Positions 41,107 through 54,349 are shown, counted from the stretch's first letter. The stretch is 64,000 nucleotides of DNA from Azolla caroliniana (GCA_043228905.1 JBHGNT010000006.1:2232001-2296000), one strand, 5' to 3'. Notes: generated by a model not told the origin, from the sequence alone. Translations and numbers: made by a program.

Positions 41107-42542
41107 TTTAGAATTTGGCCTATATATTCAATTATAATTGTACAATTGAGAATACATACATACATTGTAACATTTCATTGAATTAGTTATGTATATGAAA
41201 TGTCCGAATAATGATTCAACAAAATAAATAGTTAAAAAGTAGTACATGAATGACAAGAACATTATGTCGGAAAACGGGGCCGAATGACAAAGAAGCGCAT
41301 TTGGCCCCCAAATCCACCCGTTATTATCCCTGCCTACCAGACTAACTAGTAACTACTACACAACTTAACTACCTACCCAGTAGCGGACTATGGTTTATCG
41401 GAAGCGAGGCCATGCAATTTGGATCCCGACCAATCATGATAAAAACTTGTCAACACATCACCAGCTAATGGCCAGCAACGTGTTGCGACGGATGGCCGTT
41501 GGCTCCCTCCTCGATATTGAGCATTTGCATCCAAGTCACTTCCGACTCTCTTTGCCCACAAAAAATGATATTGATTTAAATTTGGGCCACATGTTGCTTT
41601 CTACTGTGTCGATTCAAGTGAAGTTTTAGGAGCCTCTTGCAACTCTTTTACGGCTATCATGGCTTGGCCGTGTGGTAAACATCTTGGCCCATGGGTACGA
41701 GTGATGATTCTCCGCGCCTTCTTTTTGTTTATGGATCCTCTTGCAACTTCTTTATATTGTGATTGGCCACCTAGTGCACATCTTAGTTCGTGGATTCTAT
41801 CTTCATCTACATTGTTAAAAACCTTATCATGTTTTTGTTGATCAATGCCACCCAATAATAGTTTGATCTAAGTATTTGCCAAGTATGGAGAGGGATATCA
41901 TCACCTTTCCCCTCTACACCAAATTCTTTCCACATGAAGGTCCTATGTGTGCAAGAACTCACATCCTAGATCAAATTTCAATAGCTTTTCTATTCTCTTG
42001 AGTAAGTGGTTACAACATTGAATGATTCATCTTGCAATAAAATTTTCATGAAAACTTGTGGATATTAAAGATTCTCCAAATCCTGTCCAATGCACTCGAT
42101 GAACTCCTAAGGATCAATTTTGCAACCAAATTGGCATGGAAAACTTTAGGATATCAAGGATTCCTAGAGCCCCATGGACTTTGGGAGAACTGTAAATATA
42201 CATCCCCCTATGGGAGTTTTGACCGTCCGATCATTTTCATATGTATTAGAGTTTCAAAAACTATGCTTGTTTATTTTTTAATTTTACTTATATTCTGCTT
42301 GGTAAGGCTCCTAATCACATGCAAATTAATAAAAATCACATATTTAATAAAACTCATAAGCAAGTGTTCGACACATGATTAATTTAATCAAAAAAATTTA
42401 AAGAGGATTTAATGATTAAATATCAATCTCAACAAAACTTGTTTCTAACTTAACCTCATATATCAATTTTTGGAAAAATTACTAAAAGATATTTTTATTT
42501 ATTTTCAAAGCTTATACATGACTGGTTCAAATGTAAACATCT

Positions 42543-42672
42543 AATAGCATGAAACTAACTTTGAGGATATTATCAATTATTATTATAGTGATATATAATT
42601 TATTAGTGATTTATCAAATAGCATGAAACTAACTTTGAGGATATTAGCAATTATTATTATAGTGATTTATTA
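42543..42672. repeat. Tandem duplication, 74-bp period
   Basis: aatagcatgaaactaactttgaggatatta.caattattattatagtgat occurs twice. Confidence 0.9.
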
Positions 42673-43572
42673 GTGGACAACCAACATTACAAGTTAGCAA
42701 TAATTCGTGTTGTAGCCTTCATGAATGTGACCAAAAAGCTAAAGAGAAGGTTGGGAGATTTGCATGCATTGTAATCATCTATTGGTTTGAAATAAAAAAG
42801 AGGAGCAACTAGAGCTGTAGAAGGAAGGAGGAAGTGAAATAGTTAAACATAGTGTTATTGCCAATATAGCGAAAAATATGTTACGTGAAAACATTGCCAT
42901 CACACATCACATAAGAGACTATCGATGTCCACAGAAATGATGCTAATATGCTCACGAGGTTACCATGTAAAAATTGTAAAGATTTGTAAGCTTCATGAAC
43001 ATATCATAAATCTTTCTACATGAATTCATTCTTTTCGTATTTCTTCATTCCCAATCCTATCCTTATAGTGGATCCATGGTTTCTAATGAAGTGAATTGAC
43101 ATTTACTTTACCTTGGTGGTAAGTTCTTAATCTTCTACTTTCACGTCTTGTGTTCAATCCCCCTACTTAAACACCATTCTGTTATATATTTAAAGCGTTA
43201 GGAAACCATGGGATTAGGAATAATAGAAGACATGCATACGTAGTTGAGATGACAATGTCAAATTGTTTGGAGACTCCATTAGTTGGATAGCTCTCCATGC
43301 CATGGCAATGTGGGCATGGAATGGAGCCTACACAAAATGATGTACATGATTGGTTCTTAAGAAAAAGATTCGAATGAATTTCTGATGCTAGTCGAATTGC
43401 TTTCTCATACGATACAGTGAGAACATTGTGCAGATCATTTTGCAGTTTAACCTAATTGCTCTTCATTTCGGCAGCTTTCAAAGGAGACCATGCATGGGTG
43501 GCCTTAACAGCTATGCTGCTATGCAAGGATGAGGTAAAGCTATTTGCATAAGAGAGAGAGAGAGAGAGAGAG

Positions 43573-45933
43573 ATGATCATGAGTGAAAAATGTCATGTGG
43601 AGCTTGTGGCCATGCTCAAGACATGTGCCAAGAAGAAGGATCTTTACAAGGGCACTAAACTACATGCATATATCACGACTAAAGGTCTATTACTTGAACA
43701 AAACCCTTATTTAGCAAATGCGTTAATCAACATGTATGCCAAATGTGGTAACCTCATGAAAGCACAAGAAGTACTGGAAGAGCTCCCAAATCGAAATGTA
43801 GTCTCGTGGTCGGCCCTTATTGCTGGATATACCCAACAAGGTAATGGCCAAAAAGCCTTTAATTGTTTCAGAAAGATGAAACAAGAGGGTTTCTACCCTG
43901 ACGCGGTTACTTACACTTGTGTATTGAAAGCATGTTCTGTCACCCGAGGCCTAGCAATGGGCGAGAAAATTCATAATGAGGTCATAAGTAACGGATTATT
44001 AGAGAAGGATATTATGCTCGGCAATGCTTTGGTAGATATGTATGCCAAGTGTGGTTCTCTTGCAAAAGCTCAACAAGTGTTAGAGGGACTTCCTATCCGG
44101 AATATTATCTCTTGGTCGGCATTAATTGTAGGATATGCCCAACATGGACAAGGTCATGAAGCATTGGAATGCTTCCAAATGATGGAAAATGAGGGCCTCT
44201 CTCCCGATGTGGTTGTATTTACTTGCATTTTGAAAGCATGTGGTAGATCCGGAGCTTTACAAATGGGCGAACAGGTCCATGATAAGATTGTTGCAATGGG
44301 GTTGTTGGAGAAGGATATTGTGATTGGTAATGCTTTGGTGGATATGTATGCCAAATGTGGTGAATTTGTGAAAGCACAGAGATTGCTTGAAGAGCTTCCT
44401 CGGAGAGACATATTCTCTTGGAATGCATTACTTGCCGGATACGTTCAGGAAGGTCAAGGGCGAGAAGCTTTGAATTGCTTTGAATGGATGCAAAATGATG
44501 GCATAACTCCAGATGTGGTCACATTCATTTGCATATTGAAGGCTTGTGGTAACTTAAAAGATTTTGAGAAGGGCCGACAAATCCATGAAGAGATTCTGAA
44601 TATAGGCTTACTTGCAGAGAAGGATATTGTGCTTAGCACTGCATTGTTGGATATGTATGCCAAATGTGGCATGCTTGTAATAGCACAACAATTGTTCGAC
44701 AAGATTCCAGTTCGGAATGTAGTGTCTTGGTCAGCATTGATTGCGGGGTATGTCCAGCATGAGCGAAATCATGAAGCAATACATTGTTTTGAGGAGATGC
44801 AACATGAGGGGATCTTTCCAGATTCAGTCACCTTCATTTGTGTCTTAAAAGCCTGTGGCAATATTGGAGCTATAAAAATGGGAGAATATATAAACGAAAA
44901 GATTGAGGAGAGAGGCATTTTGAAGAAAGACATAGTGCTTGGTGCAGCTCTAGTTGATATGTATGTCAAATGTGGCGTTCTTGAGAAAGCACGAAAGGCA
45001 CTACAAGAGCTTCCTGCCCGAGACCTACTCTCTTGGAATGCATTAATTTCAGGGTATGTTCAGCAAGAGAAAGCAAATGATGCACTAAGAAGTTTCGAAC
45101 AGATGCAAAGCGATGGTATAGCTCCAAATATGGTCACCTTGGTTTGTGTCCTCAAGGCCTGTGGTAGTGCAGGAGCTATTGACAAGGGAGAACAAATCCA
45201 TGAAAGAATCAAGAGTGAGGGCTTTCGAGATGAAGAAAACATTACCATACTCGGCACTGCATTGGTGGATATGTATGCAAAATGTGGTTCACTCATAAAA
45301 GCTCAAAAGATTCTTCATGAGATTCCTCAACGAAACATCGTCTCATGGAATGCATTAATCGCGGGATATTCCCAACAAGGGCAAGGTCAGGAAGCCTTGG
45401 CATGTTTTGAAAAGATGCAAAATGAGGGGATATCTCCAAATAAGGTCACGTTCCTATGTGTTTTAGTTGCATGTAGTCACTCAGGGCTCTTGGATGAGGC
45501 CGAGGTGCTTTTCGAGAAAATGACCAAAATATATGCTATCAACCCTGAGTTCGAGCACCATACATGCATGGTACTAGTTTTTGGAAGCAGAGGGAACTTC
45601 GATAAGGCATTGTTAATAGCTCTGCAATCTTGTGATCATCTTGAAGTCTGGGTTGCATTGTTGGGAGGTTGTAGGAAATGGGGAAATGTGAAGCTTGGAA
45701 GCTTGGCATTTGATCAAGCAATGCAATTAGATAGCACTTGTGCTGCAGCCTATGCCCTTATGGCTAATATATTTAGTATAGCTGGTTTTCAAGAGGATGC
45801 AGAGAAGGTTGATGCAATGAGATTGAAGTATGGCGTTTTGCACAAGAGAGGAGGACATGGTGGTATGGTCCATTCATTTCCTCTCCACCAGCTATTGAAA
45901 GCATCAGTTGGGATAGTTTTGGAACCTTCATAG
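43573..45933 (+). CDS. PLS-class PPR protein (E subclass, truncated in the PG-box region)
   Basis: 786-aa intronless ORF with repeated LVDMYAKCG / VVSWSALIAGY / TFICILKACG triplets, ACSHSGL and the E region, ending ...GMVHSF... Confidence 0.96.
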   Translation: MIMSEKCHVELVAMLKTCAKKKDLYKGTKLHAYITTKGLLLEQNPYLANALINMYAKCGNLMKAQEVLEELPNRNVVSWSALIAGYTQQGNGQKAFNCFRKMKQEGFYPDAVTYTCVLKACSVTRGLAMGEKIHNEVISNGLLEKDIMLGNALVDMYAKCGSLAKAQQVLEGLPIRNIISWSALIVGYAQHGQGHEALECFQMMENEGLSPDVVVFTCILKACGRSGALQMGEQVHDKIVAMGLLEKDIVIGNALVDMYAKCGEFVKAQRLLEELPRRDIFSWNALLAGYVQEGQGREALNCFEWMQNDGITPDVVTFICILKACGNLKDFEKGRQIHEEILNIGLLAEKDIVLSTALLDMYAKCGMLVIAQQLFDKIPVRNVVSWSALIAGYVQHERNHEAIHCFEEMQHEGIFPDSVTFICVLKACGNIGAIKMGEYINEKIEERGILKKDIVLGAALVDMYVKCGVLEKARKALQELPARDLLSWNALISGYVQQEKANDALRSFEQMQSDGIAPNMVTLVCVLKACGSAGAIDKGEQIHERIKSEGFRDEENITILGTALVDMYAKCGSLIKAQKILHEIPQRNIVSWNALIAGYSQQGQGQEALACFEKMQNEGISPNKVTFLCVLVACSHSGLLDEAEVLFEKMTKIYAINPEFEHHTCMVLVFGSRGNFDKALLIALQSCDHLEVWVALLGGCRKWGNVKLGSLAFDQAMQLDSTCAAAYALMANIFSIAGFQEDAEKVDAMRLKYGVLHKRGGHGGMVHSFPLHQLLKASVGIVLEPS

Positions 45934-47291
45934 ATTGCATAAAGAGAACTTTAATGCATTTGTATCTTGTTCAAGTTTCGAAGAGTTCCTAGTGATAGGT
46001 TTGTCCTACAGAGTAGGACAGATTCTACAAATGATTGACCAAATGACATGTTTAAATTTAGTAAACTTACCACGAGTCTATACATTTGGTTAATGGGTTC
46101 CAAGGATATGAGTGAAGTGAATTCCAGATATCTTTAATGGGTTCACAAGGAATACTTGGGAAAGGCTTGTGGTGCTGACATTGCCATGAGAAGATATGTT
46201 CCCTTGAAACGGGATGTGGTGCTGCTGATATGGGGATAAATGATTGGTTGAAAAAAAGTAGGGACACCTTGTGATACTTGGAAAATGGGTGTGGTGCTGA
46301 CATTGTAATAATGATTGGTTGAAAAAATATATCAGCGATATTGGTATTCGAGTCTGGATCAAAATGTTGTCAGATGGGCAAATACCAATTGGGATTTGAA
46401 CTCATGCCTAACAAATTGTATTAAAAAGTTCTTGCTTGTTGTCCACTTGGTCATCATCTGTCACTTTTACTGGATTCTCCAATGTTTCCCAGCCTTCTCT
46501 GCCCGGATCTTTCTCATGAAATGTTTTTAACATGTTTGAGTTGCTTGTCACTATGAATTGTTGGGAAGATAATGTTGCATTATGAATTGTTAGATCAATG
46601 CCAGTGAGAATACTGAACATAGGGCTCCATATCTGAAATCATCAATCTCATAGACTGTTGATGTATATGCATTGTTGGAAACGTTGTGCCTCATGTTACT
46701 ATCCTACAACAGAAAACATAGAAATGTTTTGCTGCCCCTTGAAGAAATAATCCCACATTAGTAAAACAGGGTTTGCTAATGCTTTCTTCACAAGCAAAGG
46801 TGAAGAAAGGTAAGTAGACAATGCAACACTCGGTCATGTATATATTATTGTTTGTGCTTTGCCAATACACATTAATTATTCGAAGACTTTTATGAGGATG
46901 AGTTTAAGTTTAAAATTTTAAGGGCCATTCAGATCCCATTATACAATATGTTTAGTGCATATAAATATGGACTTATCTTACATGCCCACACGTTGGTCCA
47001 GGGTCGTTTGACTTCAATATAAATAAGGACATGTGATACACCGATTGTCTTTACAAGCCATTGATTATATTAAGGTTAAGATAACATACCGTTATATGGA
47101 GGTAATTATATGTATAGATTAGTAAGCTGAAAATAATAGAATGTACACAGGGAGGTGATTACATGTAACCATGTTCGATTTATTAGTAGGTAATTACTAG
47201 TGGTAATAGTTCATTATACAAATATGAGATTTGAAGTGAGAAACAATTTTATGATGGGGGTCTTGTGAAGGGAAGTAACAGTTACATTCTT

Positions 47292-49375
47292 TCATGTTTT
47301 CAAGCGAAAGGTTGGAAAAGCAAGGAGAGGGTTAGCCAGGGTTAGTGCGCGTGCATGACTACTTTTGGACTCTGAGAGGTCAACAGTTGAAGTTGAAGGG
47401 GACCAATGGAAGCAATGGAGCAGGTTAGCTAATGTAAGTTCAACAACATGAAGGCCTTGGCTCATGCCAGGGCACATTCGACGTCCCGACCCAAATGGTA
47501 GCAGCTCAAAGTGTTGGCCTTTCAAATCGATGGCACTATCTACAAAACGCTCGGGCTTGAATTGATCTGGTTGCTCCCAGACATGCTTATCCCTCCCAAT
47601 TGCCCACAAATTAATGAAAACCATCGTTCCTGCTTGTATCTTGTAATTATATGTCTTGTCTGTGCCATCCAAATCCACTCCCAACACTTCGATCTCGCAA
47701 GCTTCTTTCGACATATGTGGTATCATCATCGATGCAACAGGATGTAATCGGAATGTCTCCTTTATTATGGCCCTCAGATAAGTCAACTTCTCTAAGTCAT
47801 CATCATTTACCATCCTTTCCATCCCCACTACCGCCTCCAACTCTTGTTGTACCTTCCTCATCTCCTGTGGATTGGCTAGTAACTCTGCCATTGCCCAATT
47901 CATCGTGTTTGCTGATGTATCTACACCTACTATGAACATTTCCTGTATCCACGAGCAATCCAAACTTTGTAATATGATGAGTGAAAATCGAAAAGATTAA
48001 TCGATTCTCAGTGGCTATGAAACATTTACAAGTACATGCACGTAAGAAGTCTGGATTATTACGAACCTTAGGGGCGGGTAATGTCTCAAATATTCTAGAA
48101 CTTAAAATTATAAGGAAGTAATCACAAAAGCTCGAAAACATTAAATTAGTTGGGTTCTTCCTAGTCCCTACCTAATAAAGCCCCAAGAATAATTAATTAA
48201 TTATTAACCTCTACATTAATCAATGTTCCCATATTGGTTAAAAAAATAACCCCGAAGAGTACACTCCAAACAACAAGTCAATTTCTTAATCCGGTTCATT
48301 AGTTTCTTCTTAATCTACTGCACTTATCCTGCGAGAAGGGTAATCACGGTATTTTTCGAGGAATTTGTGATGGGTTTTGACCTAAATTTCAATCAAATTT
48401 AAAGACATCTTGCTGTCATTTTTTTACCAGTATGGTGGCATTGAGAAAGGCTTGGTCCTCAGTAGTGTGGTCTAGCAGGAGGTCGAGGATGTCATCAAAT
48501 CGAATGCCGTCCGACCGGGCACGGACACGACGGGCCACAATCAAGCCGAGGAGGCGGCCCGCACGCGCGCGTAACGCACGCATACGTCTCTTGGCACGCG
48601 CATCAAGGAATGACAAGAACCGCACGAAATCGCCCACCAATGGCGTGAACAAGAGCCTCACCGTCTCTTCGACAATTGTGTGAAGCGGGTGCAAGGCCTC
48701 CTGGCGCACCGTCTCGATGAGCCTCTCGGACAGCACGAGGCGCCCCATGATGTTGCATGTCACATGGGACACACATGTGAGAATGTTGAGACTAGTGGTA
48801 CCTGAATCGGCGCCCCGACGGATGTTGTCCACCATGTGCGCTACCTCGGCTTGCCTCACATTGCTCTTCTCGGCGATCCGTGCCTGGCTCAGGAGCCGCG
48901 TAGTCCACAGCTTGCGGAGCTCGCGCCACCTCGCGCCCGCATTCTGGAACCCGATCACGTTGGCCCGCCCAAAAAGCAGGTGCTCCGGGACGCTGAACAA
49001 TGCCGGCCGGTCACTGAAGGCCACGTCGTGCGTGTGAAGGAACTGCCGCGCGCTCCCGGCCGTGCACGCCACCAAGGCCGGCGTGGAGCCAAGGCGGATC
49101 GAGAGGACTGACGTGTTGTATTGCTCGGCGAGATGTGCTAGGGCTCGGTACGCCCGTGGCCCTGCTAGGATGGGAAGGTTGCCGATGATCGGCCAAGGCC
49201 GTGGTCCAGGAGGACACAATCCCGGGGAATCCCTTGATAAGGCGATCTTTGTCGCCCATACTATGGCTACCAACAAAGTGGCAATCCCTAGTAAGACCAC
49301 CCCAACAACTTGTTGTGTGGGTTGTTGTTGGTACATGATTCTTTCACCGTGGTCGCGAAAGAGAGCATTCATCAT
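47292..49375 (-). CDS. Cytochrome P450, CYP71 clan (A-type); exons ~49375-48428 and 47942-47292
   Basis: N-terminal TM anchor, PPGPRPWPIIGNL, WRELRK, I-helix VGVDTS, ETFR, PERF and heme motif PFGSGRRMCPG. Single phase-0 intron at the I-helix, as in A-type P450s. Start codon uncertain (49375 or 49336). Confidence 0.95.
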
Positions 49376-49410
49376 GGGTCGCCACCTATTTAGTTTTCTT
49401 TGTTGTGTTT

Positions 49411-49433
49411 GGGGGGGGGGGGGGGGGGGGGGG
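49411..49433. repeat. Poly-G run (23 nt) upstream of the likely P450 start
   Basis: Read directly. Confidence 0.95.
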
Positions 49434-51040
49434 AAGTGGAGTTCTTTTGTTGGTGGTTCACAACTTACAAGTTCATGTGTCCATTTGCTAGGCCTTTCTC
49501 GCGGCATATCGTGTATGTGGGTGGGCACTTCCACGAATTCCCCTGTCTATATTCACTAGGCACATCCATGTCCCTACTTATTTCTTGTATCCTATGGCCC
49601 ATGTTTTTTAAATAAATTTGTAGGAAATGTACACAACTCAAGCCCAAATTCAATTTCTTCACATGAAATTATGAATAAGAAGAAGGTAAGGCTTACAAAT
49701 TTCAAGAGAATTGATAAATTTCTAGCGGACTTAGTTCACATTATAAATAATTTGCAACCGAGAAGTCAGAAAAAGCAACTGACATTTTATGAACGAGGTC
49801 ACATTGTTCCTAAACATTTAACACAAATTGAATATATTAATGATAGTTGGGTGATTAAGGTCAAAATGGAGTGGACTTTTACAATTTTTATATGTATATG
49901 GCCTAATTCTACATGCCAAAGTTTCTCCATACCATGAAGCCTGAATTTATGGAATATGTGAGGACTAAGGTAGTACCACCATGATTTTCATCCGTTACGA
50001 AGGCTTAGCTGTCAATATATAGCTCCCAAGTGTGAAAGAAACCTAGGGAAAAGGGCAAATCTCAATATATGTTACATGGTTGGAATAGAGTCAAATTATG
50101 CATTGTGTGGTTTTTTGTCATTTATCTCACAATATATAGAATTGAATACTAGGTAGAAGTTATGTGACACTCAATCCATATCATTAGAGATGTTCAGACA
50201 ATTCAAAAGCACACACCCCACCTCATAGTTAACCTATCAAAAAATTAGTATGCATCTTTACCATAACTTCTTTGGTTACCACCAAATAATTTCATCTCTC
50301 ATTGAGAAATTTGAAAACTCACAATCTCAACATCAGCAAGGCACATGATTTACTACTACCTTATCATGTTTATATACTTGAATTCTAGAATTTTCTAAAA
50401 CCTTGTGAATATCTTTATGCAATAAGAATTTACGATGACAATTGATGTCTTCTCTTATAGGATATACATTGGCAATCGGTTTCATATTGTGCTTTACCAC
50501 AAATGTATTGTTATATTTGTTGTTGATTTCAATATGTTGAAATTTGGGCCACCTTCTAGAACCTCGCTCTTTCCATTACTCTTTTTGTGACCAACAACTA
50601 AGTGCTTTTTTATTTGTTGGTTTGTTCTTGCTAGTTTCGACGACTTGGAAAAAAACCACCTTGTATGAGAGTCTTAGATATTTAAGAAGGCCCAAGTACA
50701 AAAGGCCACGACTCTCACATTCTTCTTTATATGTGCGCCTTGGAATTTAAAATTCATATGATAAGCTATGATTCCAACCCCATATATTCTCCAACTAATG
50801 AACCACAATCATGTTTCAAGCCATATGAACAAAGAGTACGGATCATGGTAAGGTTGCATTGAGGTTGAGATTCTTGTTGTTGCATCATATGGCTTTGATT
50901 GTATCATCATAGCAGAAGTATGGTATCTTTAAGTGGTGGTAAAATTGAAACATTGATCACTATAGTGTAAGCGATGTAATGTCGTTCATTGAGCTTAATC
51001 GGTTTGTCCAAAATGCATGTGAGAGTTTTCCTTGGCCGGC

Positions 51041-51236
51041 AAAGGATACAAGGTTTTCCTAGCGGAGTTTGCATTTCCAATCAGGTCAATAATGCAAACA
51101 TCTCAGGAGAGAATTTGAAGTTGGTCTTGGCTAGCAAAGGATACGAGGTTTTCCTAGCGGAGTTTGCATTTCCAATAAGGTCAATAATGCAAACATCTCA
51201 GGACACAATGTTTGAGGTGAGAAATTGAAGTTGGTC
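51041..51236. repeat. Tandem duplication, 95-bp period, upstream of the PPR at 51548
   Basis: aaaggatac.aggttttcctagcggagtttgcatttccaat.aggtcaataatgcaaacatctcagga occurs twice. Confidence 0.92.
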
Positions 51237-51547
51237 GATGAAAAGTTCAAGTTCAAAAAGCGGATTTCTCAAGCAAAATGTGAAAGCAAGAATGAGAGCC
51301 AGTGTGAGGTGAGAAAAGATCAAGGTGACGAAGCAACCAAGTCTCTACTCACGAAAGACTAGAGTAAAAAATGCAAAGGAGCCAAAATATCCCGAGTCCC
51401 GGGCCGGTTAAGGGAGGGAATGACTAGACTTCTTGAGAGAAAAGATCCGCACTTAGGTAAAGGGAGAGGAAGAAGAAAGAAAAGCCAATAAATTGTTAAA
51501 GACTTTAACAATGGCGATGAATGGAAACTTAAAAGTTAGTTATTAAA

Positions 51548-53236
51548 ATGGTTTACAGGCAGAGAAAGCTAAAAAGAGTCATTCATGGAGTACACGAGAA
51601 GGAAGATCTCATTGACTTACTCAGAGTTTGTGCCATTCAGAAAGATCTCCAAAGAGGTACTACTCTACATGCTGATATTCTAAAGAAGGGTCTCCTTAAA
51701 AAGAGTCCTTATGTAGCAAGTGCTTTAGTGAATATGTATGCTAAATGTGGAAACCTCACAAAAGCACGTGAAATACTTGAAGAAGTACCTTGCCGAGATG
51801 TCGTGATATGGTCGGCAATGATTGGTGGATATGCCCAACATGGAAAAACCAATGAATCATTTATATGTTTTGAAATGATGCAAAATGAGGGCATCACTCC
51901 TGATGCTTTTATACTCGCCTCAGTCTTGAAGGCATGTGCAAACATAAAAGACGTAGAACAGGGTAAAAGAATCCACTATGAAATCGTGTCTAGAGCCTTA
52001 TTGGTTGCTAAAGATGATATGGTGCTGGGAAATGCTCTCTTAGACATGTATGCCAAATGCGGTCTCATTCTGGAAGCCGAGGATGTTCACAAACGGCTTC
52101 CTTATAGTGACTCGGTAACTTGGAATGCATTACTTTCTGGTTATGTACTTGCTAAGCAAGATCAACAAGCTTTAGGTTGTTTTGATCGTATGCATAATCA
52201 AGGTCTGTCTCCAGATATAATCACTTTCACTTGCATCTTGAAGGCTTGTGGAGGTATTGGAGCTATATATAAAGGCAAGCAAATTCATAACCAAATTGTG
52301 ACCGGATGCTTGCTCAACAAGGATGTTCTGCTTGGCACGGCCTTAGTGGATATGTATGCCAAATGTGGGGCTCTCACTAAAGCCCAACAGATGCTTGATG
52401 AGCTTCCTCTGCAGCATGTAGTCTCTTGGAATGCATTGATTGCGGGGTATGCCCAACAAGGGCAATGTCATGAAGCATTACAGTGTTTCGAACGGATGCA
52501 AAGCGAATCTCTCTATCCAGATATTGTCACTTTCATATGCATTTTGAAGGCTTGTGGTAGTGCTGGAGCCATAGACAAAGGCAATCAGATTCATAATGAG
52601 GTGGTTCTTCGAGGCCTCTTGGAAAAGGATATTGCAATTGGCAATGTTGTTGTGGATATGTATGCCAAATGTGGCGTGCTTGCAAAAGCACAAGAAGTTC
52701 TAGAAGAGCTTCCTGTTCGAGATGCAATCTCTTGGAATTCATTGATTGGGGGTTATGCCGAACAAGGAAAAGGAGGCAAAGTACTTGATTGTTTTGAACA
52801 AATGCAACTTGAGGGGATTTCTCCAGATGAAGGCACATTTCGGGGTGTCCTCAGTGCATGTAGTCATTCGGGGCTATTGGCTGAGGCTCAATTTATTTTC
52901 CAGAATATGGCCATACTGTATGGCATTACCCCAAACTTAGAGCACTATACTTGCATGGTTGTAGTTTTTGGATATACAGGGTATTTTGACAAGGTGGCCT
53001 CGTTGATTGAGGTGATGCCCTGCTTTGATTATCATGCAGTTTGGCTTGCACTATTGGGTTGTTGTGAAAAGTGGGGAAACGTGAAGCTTGGGACTTTTGT
53101 ATTTGATCAAGTGTTACAATTAGATGATGTTTGTACCACAGCTTATGTTCTCATGGCTAACATTTTTGCTACTGCTGGCATGCATGAGGATGCTGAAACA
53201 GTTGTGAAATATATGCTGCCTCGGGGAATTCAATGA
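51548..53236 (+). CDS. PLS-class PPR protein (E subclass)
   Basis: 562-aa intronless ORF with the same triplet motifs and E region as 43573-45933. Confidence 0.95.
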   Translation: MVYRQRKLKRVIHGVHEKEDLIDLLRVCAIQKDLQRGTTLHADILKKGLLKKSPYVASALVNMYAKCGNLTKAREILEEVPCRDVVIWSAMIGGYAQHGKTNESFICFEMMQNEGITPDAFILASVLKACANIKDVEQGKRIHYEIVSRALLVAKDDMVLGNALLDMYAKCGLILEAEDVHKRLPYSDSVTWNALLSGYVLAKQDQQALGCFDRMHNQGLSPDIITFTCILKACGGIGAIYKGKQIHNQIVTGCLLNKDVLLGTALVDMYAKCGALTKAQQMLDELPLQHVVSWNALIAGYAQQGQCHEALQCFERMQSESLYPDIVTFICILKACGSAGAIDKGNQIHNEVVLRGLLEKDIAIGNVVVDMYAKCGVLAKAQEVLEELPVRDAISWNSLIGGYAEQGKGGKVLDCFEQMQLEGISPDEGTFRGVLSACSHSGLLAEAQFIFQNMAILYGITPNLEHYTCMVVVFGYTGYFDKVASLIEVMPCFDYHAVWLALLGCCEKWGNVKLGTFVFDQVLQLDDVCTTAYVLMANIFATAGMHEDAETVVKYMLPRGIQ

Positions 53237-54349
53237 AATAGTGTGGATTGATCTGGTGAAAGACTCTTCAAAACATTGAATTGATGCCACAAGCTGTGAT
53301 AATCACTTTCCGAGGCTCGGTTGGCAAACATATCTTCAGAATAAACGCAAAACCTAGATCAAGACAAATAGATTGTGCCACGTGTATTGGAGGATTGATT
53401 GTTTAGGGGTTGATGTAATTACCATTGTAAATACGTGAATTGTAACTATTGGAGTTTGACTCCAATAATAAACATAACAGCAGGAGTTTCACAAAAGGTA
53501 ATTACATAGTGGTTGTTTGTGGCATAGTGGTTGTAAGGATGGCAAAGTGTCCCATATAAGCAATGACCAAGAAACAGGATAAAACTCTCATTTGAAATTA
53601 GTCCACACATGTTTATGCACGCAAATGGACTGTCCAAGCTATAAAAATAGATTTTGTATGCTTTGAAACATGAACATAACGGAGGATAGGTGAATAATAT
53701 GTGTATTATCCTTCTATACACATCTCAATGGTAGCATCGTGTTCATCTGAGACATAGAAAGCCCATTTTATTACTATACACCACATGGTTATTATTGGAG
53801 GAGGAAAGGTGGCATACACTCACGATCTTACATATAGGAGTAATGTTTATTGGGCATCGATTCTCCCTATGGGAAGCTGTCTGTGCAGGACTTTGATGTG
53901 GATATGCGACCCTTTGGCTTTTGAAATATAATATGCACAATGACAACAACAAAATTGTGACTTGATATACGTGTAGCCTCAACTCTTCTCTACAGAGTAG
54001 ACTTGGGAGATTAATCGTTCATAAGGAACATAATTGGAGAAATTTGGAGATGCCAAGCTCAAGCACACACCCTTATAAATGAATGCAAACCTAATGTGCA
54101 CCAGAGTCCACCGCGCATTTCATTAATGCAAAGGAAGCTGGTGTATTGTTGAGCTTAACATCTTGATTCTTATCACGCCTCTTCAAACTCAACTGTATCA
54201 TCGTTTAGTGGGCTTGGATTTCCTTCACTTGAGTTTGAAGAATTTGAAGAGATCTTTAGTTTCGATAATTTCTTGTATGATAAGTGAAGTATTGGTATCC
54301 CATGATATAATCCGGACAGAAATGGGAGCAGCCCCAATAATGACCAGGG

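Noticed and set aside
46169-46340. CRISPR-like spaced repeats (gtggtgctg x3)
   Set aside because: Eukaryotic context, irregular spacing, the spacers resemble each other, and there are no cas genes; a decayed tandem duplication.
49376-49534. Poly-Pro N-terminal extension of the P450 in the ORF track
   Set aside because: It starts at GTG and depends on a 23-nt homopolymer; more likely 5'UTR upstream of the membrane anchor.
50400-50750. Third LINE 3' remnant (similar weak hints at ~19130-19330 and ~29020-29200)
   Set aside because: Resemblance is too faint to support without an alignment.
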